In this document: positions 47,467-47,716 of the stretch, in pieces
Numbering within the stretch: the stretch's first letter is position 1
How the letters are laid out: every line of letters starts with the position of its first letter
Source of the DNA: a virus
Direction: 5' to 3' (one strand)
IMG/VR virus record: IMGVR_UViG_3300016476_001127
Coordinates: 1-47,716 of that record
Length of the DNA: 47,716 nucleotides
The notes under the pieces: model-generated
Told to the model about the DNA's origin: nothing
What the model saw: only the letters and a program-made list of their open reading frames with translations
Databases searched by the model: none
Translations under genes and position numbers: made by a program

Positions 47467-47716
47467 CAACGGCAACCGATATAAAAATCTACACGGGCCA
47501 GAGACGACACACTAAAGGGCGACCCTCGGACTGCTGAAACACGCAGGGGTACAAGACGGCCCGATACTGACATCAACGTGTGTCTAAGAAAGAAGAGATT
47601 TAGCTAGAACTATTCTAGCTTCATATAAGAATAATCGAATATAATCAGATACATACAAGAAAGCCACCGGCTGGAACCAGTGGCTTTCCTATCATCAACA
47701 GCCATCACAAGGATCA
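47467..47716. repeat. Right copy of 250-bp direct terminal repeat
   Basis: Identical to 1..250 and ends exactly at the window end. Confidence 0.9.

Noticed and set aside
46911-47576. ORFs 46911..47117 (-), 47178..47432 (+) and 47364..47576 (-) near the right end
   Set aside because: No RBS, mixed codon third positions and Cys/Ser/Arg-rich products. One runs into the terminal repeat. The region is treated as non-coding.
1-47716. CRISPR arrays, tRNA/tmRNA genes, reverse transcriptase/DGR, toxin-antitoxin pairs
   Set aside because: I found no regularly spaced direct repeats, no cloverleaf-compatible GTTCRANYC T-loop contexts in the non-coding gaps I inspected, and no RT or recognisable toxin motifs. 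This was a by-eye scan only, so a tRNAscan/Infernal run could still overturn it.

Overview
The window appears to be one complete dsDNA phage genome: about 47.47 kb of unique sequence plus an exact 250-bp direct terminal repeat (1..250 = 47467..47716). It is GC-rich (roughly 55-60% by eye) with strongly G/C-ending codons, so many long antisense shadow ORFs in the track are not genes.

Two convergent arms meet at a bidirectional terminator near 20.42 kb.

- Plus-strand early/DNA-metabolism arm (257..20413): small early genes, a tyrosine integrase with an Xis-like HTH and a palindrome-rich attP-like spacer, T7 gp4-like primase-helicase, family-A DNA polymerase, SSB-like protein, Cas4/RecB-like exonuclease, endonuclease VII, metallophosphoesterase, an HNH-like gene, class-II-type ribonucleotide reductase, a secreted trypsin-like protease, a DUF3310-like protein and MazG.
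- Minus-strand virion/lysis arm (46567..20446): possible small terminase, a Lys/Ala/Pro-rich basic protein, a LamG-like protein, large terminase, portal, scaffold, major capsid, a collagen-repeat tail fiber, a second fiber, M15 endolysin, holin, adaptor/tail-tube genes, a GNAT, three internal-virion proteins (154, 1848 and 866 aa) and a terminal HNH gene.

I found no phage RNA polymerase, repressor, tRNA or CRISPR array.

The most interesting element is a tightly coupled four-enzyme cassette at 4026..8180: ATP-grasp-like ligase, glutamine-synthetase-like amidoligase, Ntn class-II glutamine amidotransferase and GGCT/AIG2-like cyclotransferase. It follows one copy of a conserved 16-17-nt motif (GGGGTTCCTATCATC) that recurs at the heads of early gene blocks.

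Other points worth a second look:
- a codon-phase anomaly inside the polymerase gene;
- a coding-looking ORF with no canonical start;
- an HNH gene bracketed by copies of the terminator arm;
- a phased CTTAAG-type repeat array beside a near-consensus sigma70 promoter at the head of the late operon;
- about 600 nt of ORF-free structured DNA before the right repeat.

All functional calls come from motif recognition by eye, not from database searches.
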